A stretch of 63,756 nt of DNA from Nanobdellota archaeon (GTDB lineage: Archaea; Nanobdellota; Nanobdellia; Woesearchaeales; JAHIVG01). Below, piece after piece: positions 28,738 to 38,902 of this stretch. The translations under genes and the position numbers were made by a program. How positions within the stretch are numbered: position 1 is the stretch's first letter; every line of letters begins with the position of its first letter. The stretch is taken from the NCBI GenBank assembly GCA_018816705.1, contig JAHIVG010000004.1, forward strand, positions 1 through 63,756, read 5' to 3'. The notes under the pieces are model-generated. The model saw only the letters and a list, made by a program, of their open reading frames with translations, searched no databases and was not told the origin of the DNA.

Positions 28738-29885
28738 TTCAATACCTTGAGCGCCTCACCCACAGTATAGCAAGACCCTGTCACCAGCACCAGCTTCTCG
28801 TCCTTGGCTTTTTCCAAGGCTTTCTTGACTGATTTTATTATCTCGTGCGGCTTGGTGCAGTGCCTGGCCAGCAGCTCAGCAGGGCAGGCCCTCTCTGTCT
28901 TCGGCTCGCAGAAGATGAACCTGCTGGCCTTCTTCTCCAACACATGGATCATCCCCTTGTAATCCTTGTCTTTCAGTATGCCCACGACAGCCACGGCTCC
29001 GGATGGGAAATCATCGATGACTGTCTTCATCGCGTGCAGGTTGTGGGCGCTGTCCAGCAGGTAATTATTGATACGTTGCATCCTTCCCGGCCATCTCGTC
29101 TCCTGGATGCCGTCTCGAAGCGTCTCGGGCTTCACAGGATATTTCAGTTTCAATTGGTCTATGACCTTCTGGACGATAAGAGCGTTCTTGCGCTGGAACT
29201 CGCCGTCCAGCCCTGGTTTGATGACTGATTTATCCCTGACTTCGGTCACTGGAGATCTCATCTTGGACGCAACCCGTTTGATTACCTGCAAGGCCTCCCC
29301 TTCGGCACCTGTAACTACCGGTACTCTGGGCTTGATGATGCCAGCTTTCTCAGCGGCGATCTCTGGTATAGTATCGCCTAGCCATCCGATGTGCTCCAAA
29401 CCGATGTTGGTTATCACAGAAACCAGAGGAGTTATCACATTGGTCGCGTCAAGCCTTCCGCCCAGGCCTACCTCCATGACAGCTATCTTGACGCATTTCT
29501 GCTTGAAGTGCATGAACTGCAGGGCAGTAACTGCCTCGAAATATGTAGCGCCGGATCCTTTCAAGGAATCCTTGTGCTCTGACACCAGGGCTGCCAGCTC
29601 ATCATCTGTTATGTGCTCGCCATCGACCCAGAAGCGTTCGTTGATCTTTATCAGGTGGGGGCTTGTGGCCAGGCCTGTACTGTAACCTGCCTTGTGCAGG
29701 ACTGTCGCAAGCATGGCTGCAACAGATCCCTTGCCGTTCGTGCCAGCGATATGGACATAATCCATCCCCTCTTCAGGGTTGCCCATCATGGCCAGGAGCT
29801 TCTCCATCCTGTCCAGGGACAGGTCCCAGCCCTTGGCCTTCAGGGATTCGAGGAAATTCAAGGATTCTATGTGATCCATTTTCAT
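28734..29885 (-). CDS. folC: Folylpolyglutamate synthase/dihydrofolate synthase family
   Basis: HIAGTNGKGS, TSPHL, EVGLGGRLDATN, WPGR and DSAHN motifs. Confidence 0.95.
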   Translation of the reverse strand: MKMDHIESLNFLESLKAKGWDLSLDRMEKLLAMMGNPEEGMDYVHIAGTNGKGSVAAMLATVLHKAGYSTGLATSPHLIKINERFWVDGEHITDDELAALVSEHKDSLKGSGATYFEAVTALQFMHFKQKCVKIAVMEVGLGGRLDATNVITPLVSVITNIGLEHIGWLGDTIPEIAAEKAGIIKPRVPVVTGAEGEALQVIKRVASKMRSPVTEVRDKSVIKPGLDGEFQRKNALIVQKVIDQLKLKYPVKPETLRDGIQETRWPGRMQRINNYLLDSAHNLHAMKTVIDDFPSGAVAVVGILKDKDYKGMIHVLEKKASRFIFCEPKTERACPAELLARHCTKPHEIIKSVKKALEKAKDEKLVLVTGSCYTVGEALKVLN

Positions 29886-29990
29886 GATGATGTTCGTGAC
29901 CTTAAAAAATTTTTCCACTCGGACATTATAGCATGATAGCACTCAGAAGGAGCAAAAGTATTAAAAACATGAGTTCACTCCCCCATTGAT

Positions 29991-30524
29991 ATGGACTTGG
30001 ATATTTCACACACAGCAACTATCTATATATGGGAAGGAGCGCAGCCTTTTGATATTGATGATGTCCTATTCCCATTAGGTGGAATGGTAACACCTGCTTT
30101 AGGCGAGTTACAGGCTACCGGATTAATAAGGAGACCACTATATTGCTCGCCGACTCTTAGGATTTATCCTGTTACAAAGGAGATGGAAGAAGAGCATAGA
30201 AGGCAAGGTGAGTTAGAGAAGGCATATAAGAGATCAGGATTTGCCACACCCATACTTGAAGAGAGATTGGCAAAGTATGGTCTACCAGTCCCTGACCATG
30301 AGATTACATTCGTTCCGCGTTATGAGAACAAGGGAGTTGAACTGAAACAAATTGCAGCTGTTGCAGTACACTTAGATATAGATATTCATAGAGGAATGAA
30401 AGTCCTTGCTGTTCCTGGCACATCTTTAGAGAAAGATTGGTTGTATGCCTCTGAGGAGATAGCTGATAAATTGGGGATGACTGTCCCTAGTGAGGTCTTC
30501 ACAACTCCTTCTGCTCCCCAATGA
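29991..30524 (+). CDS. Hypothetical protein
   Basis: 177-aa AT-richer ORF. Confidence 0.65.
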   Translation: MDLDISHTATIYIWEGAQPFDIDDVLFPLGGMVTPALGELQATGLIRRPLYCSPTLRIYPVTKEMEEEHRRQGELEKAYKRSGFATPILEERLAKYGLPVPDHEITFVPRYENKGVELKQIAAVAVHLDIDIHRGMKVLAVPGTSLEKDWLYASEEIADKLGMTVPSEVFTTPSAPQ

Positions 30525-30786
30525 CTTCTTTCTCTCTCAGCTCCTCGACCTCAGAATATTCCCTTTTCCGCTCATCAATGAGCTTCCTGAGGGGATCCCT
30601 CAATTCCTGAGCAGAATTCCTCACGAAAGTTTTCAGCTCTTCTGGCAGGTTCTTGCCGTGGAGGTCCATCAGCCGGGATAGCATCCTGGCCTTGAGAAAG
30701 GGGTCTTCCAGGTTTTCGACCATCATCTTGAAGTATTCGGTCTTCTGCCTCTTTTCCATCTCTTCAAAGCTCTCATCATCTAGCAT
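30499..30786 (-). CDS. Small helical hypothetical protein
   Basis: 95-aa charged ORF. Confidence 0.55.
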   Translation of the reverse strand: MLDDESFEEMEKRQKTEYFKMMVENLEDPFLKARMLSRLMDLHGKNLPEELKTFVRNSAQELRDPLRKLIDERKREYSEVEELREKEVIGEQKEL

Positions 30787-30920
30787 GCTAGCGCTCTCTT
30801 CTTCAAACGCATATAGGTCATGCCGTTCCTACGCTCAATCTGCCTGTGCATCACGCTTTTTCCCGTGACTGTTATGATGTTCATCTTTCTGTCTGAATAA
30901 TTGATGTACAACCCTCTCAT
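30780..30920 (-). CDS. Possible 46-aa small protein (MRGLYINYSDRK...ALAC)
   Basis: Read by hand; GGGGTG SD upstream; stop overlaps the start of the 30786 ORF. Confidence 0.35.
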   Translation of the reverse strand: MRGLYINYSDRKMNIITVTGKSVMHRQIERRNGMTYMRLKKRALAC

Positions 30921-31034
30921 TGGCTAAACACCCCCATGCTCCCCTGGACTTCGGGGTATATAAAAGTTTCGATATCCTTTGAACATCACTTCAGAGTGGT
31001 TAAATATATAAACATGTGTTGTTTTCCATGTATC

Positions 31035-31409
31035 ATGGAAGGCAAAAAGAAGATAGTCTTTGCTGAGGATGAACTATTACAAAGAGTGTGTATAAGTGAT
31101 CTATTGCATGGATTAGGATATGTAGTGTATGTATTTGACAATGGCAAGGAAGCCTTTGAGATGATACCTAAGATAAATGAACGTTCCGGCTTGGACCTCT
31201 TGATAACTGATAACATGATGCCAGGTATGAGAGGTAGGGAGATAATCATGGCCTTGAACCAGGAGGGATACACATTCCCGATACTGGTGGTTTCAACAAA
31301 CGATATCACAAAACACGTTAAATATGGAGGCCGCCTGGAATTCTTGCAGAAACCTTATTCCTCGGATGATATCCAAGAGAAGGTTGAAGGCCTTATCGGC
31401 AAGCCTTGA
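31035..31409 (+). CDS. Stand-alone response regulator receiver protein
   Basis: FAEDE, LLITDNMMPGMRG (phospho-Asp) and KP motifs. Confidence 0.9.
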   Translation: MEGKKKIVFAEDELLQRVCISDLLHGLGYVVYVFDNGKEAFEMIPKINERSGLDLLITDNMMPGMRGREIIMALNQEGYTFPILVVSTNDITKHVKYGGRLEFLQKPYSSDDIQEKVEGLIGKP

Positions 31410-32100
31410 CTACCATGGACAGGATGTCAGGCCTATTCGTGCATATTCCAACAAGGCCCAGCTTCATAAGCTCCCGTAGCTCTTCATAACGTTCTTCGTG
31501 CCAGGAGATGATGCCAATGCCTTCCTTCTTCAGGCTGTTTATCAGGTCCGGCGTAGAGAGCTTGTGCGGCCTCGCCAACCTATATTCCCAGCACGGATGG
31601 AAAAAGTCTGCTCCTGCAGACCTCACGACCGCGATAGGATCCATAGGGATGGCTGTCACCAGCACCGATGTCTTTATCCTCGGCTCCAGCTGTTTTATCT
31701 TCTTGAGCACGGGATGATGGAAAGATATGGCTATCGTCTTATCGATGTGACCGTTTTCAGTCACGATCCTGACAAACTCTTCTTCCATGCCCTGCACCTT
31801 GAGCTCGCAGTATAACCCGGCTTTCCCTTTAATGAGGTCGATTACGTCCCGCAGTGTCGGGATGGGCTCGCCGTTCTTCAGCTCGAATTTCCGAATCTCA
31901 CTAAGGCTCATGTCCCCTATTAGACCCTTCCCGGTCGTCGTCTTGCTCAGGTCGAAGTCGTGCATCACAATAAGTTCCCCGTCCTTGGACTTGTGCACGT
32001 CACATTCGACCCAATCCGCGCCCTGTTGGATGGCCTTCCTGAACGCTTTTGGAGAATTCTCAAGGAACAGTTCTGACGCGCCGCGGTGGGCTATCCTCAT
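31393..32100 (-). CDS. Glycerophosphodiester phosphodiesterase
   Basis: IAHRGAS, EN, VECDV, HD and ELK motifs. Confidence 0.93.
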   Translation of the reverse strand: MRIAHRGASELFLENSPKAFRKAIQQGADWVECDVHKSKDGELIVMHDFDLSKTTTGKGLIGDMSLSEIRKFELKNGEPIPTLRDVIDLIKGKAGLYCELKVQGMEEEFVRIVTENGHIDKTIAISFHHPVLKKIKQLEPRIKTSVLVTAIPMDPIAVVRSAGADFFHPCWEYRLARPHKLSTPDLINSLKKEGIGIISWHEERYEELRELMKLGLVGICTNRPDILSMVVKACR

Positions 32101-32372
32101 GAGTCATATCCTTGGAGCCGCTGCAATTCCTGTATGGCACCCAGACGGTTCTCGGCCGAGCCTGGATTGGACCTGAGTATCTCTTCCTGTCTTCTGTAAT
32201 ATTCCAGGACTCTCTGGTATAGATCAGGCGTTGCAGTCTCTTGAGTTGGGCTTTTCAAGGCTGGAATACTTTCTTCCAGCATGGTCAGGACACCCCTCAA
32301 GTTGATTTCAGGGATGCCTTGAATACTGCTTATGACCTGCCCCAGCGCTTCCCTCACTTCTGTTTCTTGCAT
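32097..32372 (-). CDS. Hypothetical protein
   Basis: 91-aa ORF with SD; overlaps the GDPD start. Confidence 0.55.
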   Translation of the reverse strand: MQETEVREALGQVISSIQGIPEINLRGVLTMLEESIPALKSPTQETATPDLYQRVLEYYRRQEEILRSNPGSAENRLGAIQELQRLQGYDS

Positions 32373-32424
32373 ATCAACCCCCCTGAGCAGTGGTGGGAAA
32401 CGTTGATACTTTTAAATGTTGCTC

Positions 32425-33021
32425 TCAGCAAGAAATCTCCTGTAAGCCTTCTGTCAGGCAGACCACCCTGTTGTTGGCGACCTCGTAATGGCTGATGTCT
32501 GAGTTGTCTATCTTCTGCTTGCAGCAGAGGTTGTTGGCAGTGTTCTTTGCGAGCTCGTCGTAGTCATTCTGCATGCTGTCCAGTTCCTCTTCGTGGATCG
32601 CATCCCCGACGTTCAGCTGGCGCAGCCTCTCTTCGAGATCTGCCTCAAGCTCATCTATCTCTCCCTCAAATGCCTGGACCGTGAACGAGTAGTTGGTCAT
32701 CAGGGTGCTTAATTCGCTCCTGCACCCGGAGTACTGGCGCGCGTTCTGCTCTATCTTCAGCAACAGGTCCCTGTTGAACTCCTCGCAGGACGTGACTTTT
32801 GCCTGCTCAGATGATAGGTTCTGCCTCACCACAACGATGTCATGGCCATAGTCCTCGATGGAATAATTGGACCTCTGTATGGTCTGATAGGTCTCATATC
32901 CTATCACACCCGGCCTGATTACGAAAAATATCAGGAGGAAGAGCAGGACCACAGCCCCCACAGAGACCGCTATGGACATCTGGGTGTGCTTCTTGAACAA
33001 TCTCTCCATGCGCTCGAGCAT
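32425..33021 (-). CDS. Membrane-anchored coiled-coil protein with C-terminal Cys motif
   Basis: One N-terminal TM, heptads, N-x-S/T sequons, NNLCC...C...C end. Confidence 0.75.
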   Translation of the reverse strand: MLERMERLFKKHTQMSIAVSVGAVVLLFLLIFFVIRPGVIGYETYQTIQRSNYSIEDYGHDIVVVRQNLSSEQAKVTSCEEFNRDLLLKIEQNARQYSGCRSELSTLMTNYSFTVQAFEGEIDELEADLEERLRQLNVGDAIHEEELDSMQNDYDELAKNTANNLCCKQKIDNSDISHYEVANNRVVCLTEGLQEISC

Positions 33022-33135
33022 GGCTGTTCAATAAGCTAAGAAGGATATAAAGGTTTTGAATATGTGGACAGGACTTCATAGTGGTTACATCACAATAAAA
33101 CATAAATATCATCCGCAATCTACAATGGTGGCATA

Positions 33136-33768
33136 ATGGATGTTCAACCTCTAGAATCCGAACATATCCAAAAAGGCCGAGTTCTACTTATGCCGTTCAA
33201 GGGCTGCCTGTGCCATTTTGAGATAATCAAGGTCATGGATGACAGTTGCACTGTCAAGGGGCCGTCCGGCATCACGAACCTGAGGATTTCGGCCATACAG
33301 GATGCGGTCCTGCTGCCAGAAGGGACTGTCTATGCTGTGGGGATGCAGGACTACATGATGCTGCCTTTCATGGGCTATCCTGAGATTCCGGCTGAGTTTG
33401 ATGAGTCAAGGGATATAATCGAGGCATTCTACCGTAATGGCAATTCATCCCCTCACATGCGCTCCGTAGATGACTTTGCTGCCATAACCCCCGGCTCGCA
33501 CCTGTTCCTCCACGGAACGAATCATTTTGTCGAGGTCCTGGTGAGGGAACGCTCCCTGGAAGGGGACATCATGACGATAACGCCCCATTACTTCGCCAGG
33601 GGCAGGTTCAAGCCCGATGGCACAGGCCATCCCATCCATTATGACATGCACGGCCACCACCCAACCGAGATCCACAAGCTCGTGGAGATACACAAGGCAG
33701 ATCACATCGACAGGCCGGACCTGTCCAACGGCAGGGTCTATCTGATCAACTTAGAGGGAAGGATTTAG
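33136..33768 (+). CDS. Hypothetical protein
   Basis: 210-aa ORF. Confidence 0.65.
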   Translation: MDVQPLESEHIQKGRVLLMPFKGCLCHFEIIKVMDDSCTVKGPSGITNLRISAIQDAVLLPEGTVYAVGMQDYMMLPFMGYPEIPAEFDESRDIIEAFYRNGNSSPHMRSVDDFAAITPGSHLFLHGTNHFVEVLVRERSLEGDIMTITPHYFARGRFKPDGTGHPIHYDMHGHHPTEIHKLVEIHKADHIDRPDLSNGRVYLINLEGRI

Positions 33769-34055
33769 CCCGATTTCAGATATTTCTCCTTTCGGAACAT
33801 ATATCAGTGACAGCATGGCAGCGGATTTCAAGGCTCATGTCAAGAACCTCAGGTCGTAGACCGCTGGCACGTCGCAGAATGCTCCGGAAGCTCGTGTTTT
33901 TTAACACCCAGAATTCCACTATGATACTACTCCTTCACCCACTGGTCGCCGAAAGGCACGAGGATGGCAGCTGAGGAGATCGCCCTGATTCTCACCTGAT
34001 GTTGTCGTTCTGGCTGCAGCGATGATTTATATACACCATTTCCATCCCCATATAC

Positions 34056-34901
34056 ATGCTGTACGTGGACGACGAGACTTCCAGGTTAGAGGGGGTAATA
34101 CTAGGCATAGCTGATGACATCGGCGAGATAAGGCCGAACAATCCCAAGATAGCTGAGCACATTAGGAATGGCACGACCCCCACTCAAGGATCTATCATCC
34201 GCGAGGTTGAAGGATTCAAGCAGGTCCTCGAAGACAACGGGGTAAAGGTCTACCGGCCGGAGAACATCGATGGCGTGCTGCAGGTTTTTACCAGGGATAT
34301 CGGTTTTGTCATAGACAATAGGTTTGTCAGGGCCAGGATGCAGCATCAGAGCACGGAATCAGAATACAAGGCCATCACTCACCTCTTGAAGGGTTATGAT
34401 ATACTCGAGCCGCCCGAAGGTGTCCTCATCGAGGGTGGAGACATTGTCCTCGCTCCTGGGAAGGTGTTTGTCGGCATCGGCAAGCGCACCAACCAAGCAG
34501 GATACGAGTTCATCAGGGACAGTTTCAGGAATCGGTCGGTGTATCCGATGATGCCTTACGTGAGCGATGACCCACAGAAGAACGTCCTGCATCTGGACTA
34601 CGTGTTCCAGCCAGTGGGCGAGGAGCACATGCTCGTCTACGCCGAGGGCTTCAAGAGGTCGCCCGACCATATCTTCAGGCATTTCAAGCCGATCTTCCTC
34701 ACCCTGGATGAGAAATATCATCTTGCTTCTAACGTGCTCTCACTCTCTCCGGAGAAGGTCGTCTCTGCGAAAGGATTCACCAGGGTCAATGACGAGCTGA
34801 GGAAGATAGGCCTGGATGTGATTGAACTGCCATACGCAGAAGTGGCCAAGTTCAACGGTCTCTTCCGCTGCTCCACCTTACCTTTGTACCGCAAGCCTTA
34901 A
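34056..34901 (+). CDS. Amidinotransferase/arginine deiminase/DDAH superfamily protein
   Basis: VFTRD, EGGD, RTN, LHLD and G.FRCST.P catalytic motifs. Confidence 0.92.
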   Translation: MLYVDDETSRLEGVILGIADDIGEIRPNNPKIAEHIRNGTTPTQGSIIREVEGFKQVLEDNGVKVYRPENIDGVLQVFTRDIGFVIDNRFVRARMQHQSTESEYKAITHLLKGYDILEPPEGVLIEGGDIVLAPGKVFVGIGKRTNQAGYEFIRDSFRNRSVYPMMPYVSDDPQKNVLHLDYVFQPVGEEHMLVYAEGFKRSPDHIFRHFKPIFLTLDEKYHLASNVLSLSPEKVVSAKGFTRVNDELRKIGLDVIELPYAEVAKFNGLFRCSTLPLYRKP

Positions 34902-34926
34902 AAACCAAAGCTACTGAATATGCTGT

Positions 34927-35319
34927 ATGGATAAAAAGACCCTCATCGCGGGCTTGGTGGCAGGCTTGGTCTACTTCCTCATCACGCTGCTTTTCAGCAT
35001 CGTGGGGATGCCATACATGCAGGAATCCTTCTTCAGGCTGCATGGCATACTATGGTATGTGCTGAAGCTGCCCTTCGACCTCCTCATAGGCATCCTGTTC
35101 GCCATAGTCTACGGATACATCCGCAATTCCATCCCAGGCAAGTACTGGAACCGGGGCTTCACCTACGGCTTCTTCGTCTTCTTCCTGGCAGAGATACCCA
35201 TGCTAGCCTTCCTGAGCCTGACCTTCACTCTCCCGGGCATCCTTCTCCTGATCTGGACTGTCGGCAGCTTCATTGCCAGGCTGCTCATGGGCTTCGTACT
35301 AGCGTTATTCATCAAGTAG
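34927..35319 (+). CDS. Small integral membrane protein (about 4 TM)
   Basis: 130 aa, hydrophobic, with G..YG motif. Confidence 0.75.
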   Translation: MDKKTLIAGLVAGLVYFLITLLFSIVGMPYMQESFFRLHGILWYVLKLPFDLLIGILFAIVYGYIRNSIPGKYWNRGFTYGFFVFFLAEIPMLAFLSLTFTLPGILLLIWTVGSFIARLLMGFVLALFIK

Positions 35320-35323
35320 GGGT

Positions 35324-37468
35324 GTGCACTTGGACAAGAAAAGGGAAAAGCTGCTGTTCTATTCGATTACAGCCCTTGGCATATCTTCCGTCATCACCCA
35401 AATCCTGCTCATGCGGGAATTCCTCTCAGTCTTCTACGGCAACGAGCTCGTGCTCGGCATGATCCTAGCGAATTGGCTCCTGCTGACAGGGGTGGGAGCA
35501 TGGCTCGGCCGCTACGCTGACAGGTTCAAGGGCAAGCTCAGGCTCATCATCTATTCCCAGATTGCCATCGCATTCCTGCCTTTTGTCAACATCCTGCTCA
35601 TCCGCTGGCTCCGCAACGTGATCTTCCCGGTCGGGAGCATGGTCGGCATCGTGGAAATCTTCCTCAGCTCTTTCATCCTGCTCCTGCCGTACTGCATCAT
35701 ATCAGGCTTCCTCCTCACTCTCTTCTGCACCGTCTTCTCGTTCAAGCAGGACGCGAAGGCCATCGGCAGGGTCTACTTCATCGACAATATCGGCGACATC
35801 TTGGGAGGGATCCTCTTCAGTTTCATCCTTGTTTTCCTCCTGAATCCCTTTCAGATGATATTCTTCATCATGTTCATCAACCTCTTGGCTGCCCTGCTGC
35901 TGGCGATCTTCATCAAGAACACCCTCTTGGAGTATGTCCTCATCGCTCTGCTGGCTCTGTCAGTCCTGGCAGTCGCAATAGACTTCGACACGATCTCCAC
36001 CAAGATGCAATATGAAGGCCAGGAGCTGATAGCCAACGAGCATTCCCTCTACGGACATCTTGTTGTGACAAGAAGCGAGGACCAGCTTAACTTCTATGAG
36101 AACGGCGTCATCCTCTTCTCCACCGAGAACACCATATCGAACGAAGAGACCGTGCATTATGCCATGGTGCAGCATCCATCGCCCAAAAGGGTCCTGTTGA
36201 TATCAGGCGGCGTGGCAGGCACGCTGGACGAGATCCTCAAGTATGATGTCGAGCATGTTACGTATGTCGAGCTCGATCCTAAAGTCATCGGGCTCGGGCA
36301 AAGATACGCATCTCTTCCCGACGACGACAGGATCACCATAGTCAACAAGGATGCGAGGACCTACATAAAAGAGATCCACGAAGAGTTCGACCTTGACCTC
36401 TTCGATGTCATCATCATAGACCTGCCTGATCCTGGCACTGCACAGCTCAACAGGTTCTACACCCTGGAATTCTTCGAGGAGGCTAAAAGGATACTCAACC
36501 ATGACGGCATCCTCGCCACAAGCCTGATCTCGACCGAGAACTACATCAATCCTGAGGCAGTGAAGCTCAACTCGGTGCTGTATAATACCCTCCAGACAAT
36601 CTTCTCCAACACCATCATAATCCCGGGCACAAGGAATCATTTCATAGCTTCCGAGAATGACTTGACCTACGGCATCGCCGGCATGATTGAAGCTTTGAAC
36701 ATCTCGACCAGCTATGTGAACGCCGGATACCTGATGGGTGAGATCACCGAGGAGAGGGTGAGGTATCTTTTCAGCACGCTGGATCCGGATGTAGGCCTCA
36801 ATCTGGACTTCGAGCCGGCGTCATACTACCATCACCTGCTCTACTGGCTGAGCCATTTCAAGGTCAACTACTTCCTGTTGATCGGGATCATCCTGGCGAT
36901 CACCCTGGTCTTCGTCATCAGGCTGAGGCCTGTGAGCTTTGCCATATTCACCACCGGCTTCGCCGCATCTGGCCTCGAAGTGATCCTGCTCATCGGCTTC
37001 CAGATAATCTATGGTTTCATCTATCACATGATCGGAATTATCATAACCATGTTCATGCTCGGCCTTGCCGTAGGCTCATTCTACATGAACAGGACGCTCA
37101 AGAAGAGGAAGATAGGCTCTCTCATCAAGCTCGAGCTTCTCATCGCGGGCCTGGCTATAGCCTTGCCCTTCATCCTGATAGCCAGCGGCAGCACCGCAAT
37201 CGTCCTTGTGCCTCTCCTTACTTTCCTCGTGGCTCTCCTTACCGGCATGGAGTTCCCTCTGGCATCCAAGCTGTGTTTCAGCAAGGTCTCGAAGACAGCC
37301 GCCTCATTGTACAACGCAGACCTGGTCGGTGCTTTCGTCGGAGCGCTTCTGGTGTCTGCTCTCCTGCTGCCGCTCCTCGGCCTGCTAAAAGTCTGCCTGT
37401 TGATCAGCGGCCTGAACTTAGTCAGCGCCGGAATACTGTTCATCAAGAGAAATAGTTATAAAGCATGA
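35324..37468 (+). CDS. Fused multi-TM/spermidine synthase-like protein
   Basis: About 7 N-terminal TMs, then aminopropyltransferase-like core (S.YG, EE.VH, VELDP, DAR, FDVII.DLPDP, YT.EFF), then C-terminal TMs; GTG start. Confidence 0.9.
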   Translation: MHLDKKREKLLFYSITALGISSVITQILLMREFLSVFYGNELVLGMILANWLLLTGVGAWLGRYADRFKGKLRLIIYSQIAIAFLPFVNILLIRWLRNVIFPVGSMVGIVEIFLSSFILLLPYCIISGFLLTLFCTVFSFKQDAKAIGRVYFIDNIGDILGGILFSFILVFLLNPFQMIFFIMFINLLAALLLAIFIKNTLLEYVLIALLALSVLAVAIDFDTISTKMQYEGQELIANEHSLYGHLVVTRSEDQLNFYENGVILFSTENTISNEETVHYAMVQHPSPKRVLLISGGVAGTLDEILKYDVEHVTYVELDPKVIGLGQRYASLPDDDRITIVNKDARTYIKEIHEEFDLDLFDVIIIDLPDPGTAQLNRFYTLEFFEEAKRILNHDGILATSLISTENYINPEAVKLNSVLYNTLQTIFSNTIIIPGTRNHFIASENDLTYGIAGMIEALNISTSYVNAGYLMGEITEERVRYLFSTLDPDVGLNLDFEPASYYHHLLYWLSHFKVNYFLLIGIILAITLVFVIRLRPVSFAIFTTGFAASGLEVILLIGFQIIYGFIYHMIGIIITMFMLGLAVGSFYMNRTLKKRKIGSLIKLELLIAGLAIALPFILIASGSTAIVLVPLLTFLVALLTGMEFPLASKLCFSKVSKTAASLYNADLVGAFVGALLVSALLLPLLGLLKVCLLISGLNLVSAGILFIKRNSYKA

Positions 37469-37487
37469 CTGTATCGGACTGAAAAGG

Positions 37488-37733
37488 ATGGTCAATATCA
37501 AATATCTCAGGATGATTGACAGGATCGCTGCATGGACATTGTTCGGCGTGATAATAATATTCTTGGTCTCAGGCTGGAACATGACCGGTAGGATACAGCT
37601 CTTCCCGGCCCACATAGCGCTCCGCATCCACAGACTAACGCACATACCACTGCTGATTCTGCTGTTCACACACCCTGCGATTTGCGTCTACAGGACCATA
37701 ATAAGATGGCGAAGAAAAAAGAGAAAAGGGTAG
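37488..37733 (+). CDS. Small 2-TM protein with His residues
   Basis: 81 aa; L.SG...T, then RIH and H in the second helix, reminiscent of small heme-b membrane proteins. Confidence 0.6.
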   Translation: MVNIKYLRMIDRIAAWTLFGVIIIFLVSGWNMTGRIQLFPAHIALRIHRLTHIPLLILLFTHPAICVYRTIIRWRRKKRKG

Positions 37734-38902
37734 AGAACCTGCTCTTCAAGAGGATAACCCGCAGGCAGTTCATAGGCTATGGCGCCGCAGGCCTGGCAGC
37801 CCTTTCTGCAGGCGGATACCTGCTGAACAAAGCTTTGAAGAAGCCAGGCTCTTCAATCTTTCCAGGGGAAGCGCCTTCCGAGCTCTGGAAGTGGAGCAAA
37901 GAGGGCTACCACTACAGGAAGCTCGGGGAGAACGTCCAATGTGAGGTCTGCCCGAACAGCTGCCTTCTTGAACCAGGGGACAGGAGCATCTGCCGCAACA
38001 AGATAAACCATGAGGGCAAGCTCTACACGCTAGCTTACGGCAACCCATGCGCAGTTCACATCGATCCGATAGAGAAGAAGCCCTTGTTCCATTTCCTGCC
38101 GCAGTCTCTTGCATTCTCCATAGCCACTGCTGGCTGCACCTTCCGCTGCCTGAACTGCCAGAACTGGAGCATATCCCAGTCCAAGCCTGAGGAGACTAGG
38201 AATTATGACCTGATGCCCGGCAAAGTGATCGAAGCGGCAATGCAGAACAAGTGCAGTTCGATAGCCTACACGTATTCAGAGCCCACCGCCTTCTATGAGT
38301 ACATGTATGACAGCTCAAAACTCGCCCAGGGCCGCGGCATCAAGAACATCTGGATCACCAACGGGTCGATGAATGAGGAAGCCTTGAGGGATCTCTGTAA
38401 ATATATGGATGCCGCGAATGTCGACCTGAAAGGATTCAAGGAAGACATCTACAACGAGCTGAATGCCGGCCAGCTGAAGCCCATCCTGCACACGCTGAAG
38501 GTGCTCAAGGAGGAGAAGAAATGGTTTGAGATCACGAACCTGGTCGTGCCTTCTTGGACAGATGACTTAGGCATGATCAGGGAGATGTGCTCCTGGCTGG
38601 ACAAAGAAGGCTTCTCTGATTACCCTCTGCATTTCTCAAGGTTCACGCCGCTGTACAAGCTGACGCATCTTCCGCCCACGCCGGTCAAGACGCTGGAGAA
38701 TGCTCGCAAGATAGCCCAGGATGAGGGCATCAAGTTCGTCTACATCGGCAACGTGCCCGGCACCGAGGCCCAGAACACCTACTGCCCCAGATGCAGCAAG
38801 CTCTTGATCGAGAGGCAGGGCTACTTGATAAAACAAAACCATATAAAAGATGGCACATGTGAGTTCTGCGGGGAGAAGATTCCAGGGGTGTGGACATTAT
38901 GA
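37706..38902 (+). CDS. amrS: AmmeMemoRadiSam system radical SAM enzyme with Tat signal
   Basis: TRRQFI plus hydrophobic stretch; CEVCPNSC, DPIEKKPLFHF, GCTFRCLNCQNW, AYTYSEP, VDLK, YIGNVPG and T.CP.C motifs. Confidence 0.93.
   Translation: MAKKKEKRVENLLFKRITRRQFIGYGAAGLAALSAGGYLLNKALKKPGSSIFPGEAPSELWKWSKEGYHYRKLGENVQCEVCPNSCLLEPGDRSICRNKINHEGKLYTLAYGNPCAVHIDPIEKKPLFHFLPQSLAFSIATAGCTFRCLNCQNWSISQSKPEETRNYDLMPGKVIEAAMQNKCSSIAYTYSEPTAFYEYMYDSSKLAQGRGIKNIWITNGSMNEEALRDLCKYMDAANVDLKGFKEDIYNELNAGQLKPILHTLKVLKEEKKWFEITNLVVPSWTDDLGMIREMCSWLDKEGFSDYPLHFSRFTPLYKLTHLPPTPVKTLENARKIAQDEGIKFVYIGNVPGTEAQNTYCPRCSKLLIERQGYLIKQNHIKDGTCEFCGEKIPGVWTL

Noticed and set aside
33769..34055. 287-bp gap checked for tRNA, ncRNA or pseudogene
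   Set aside because: No cloverleaf or T-loop motif and only very short ORFs
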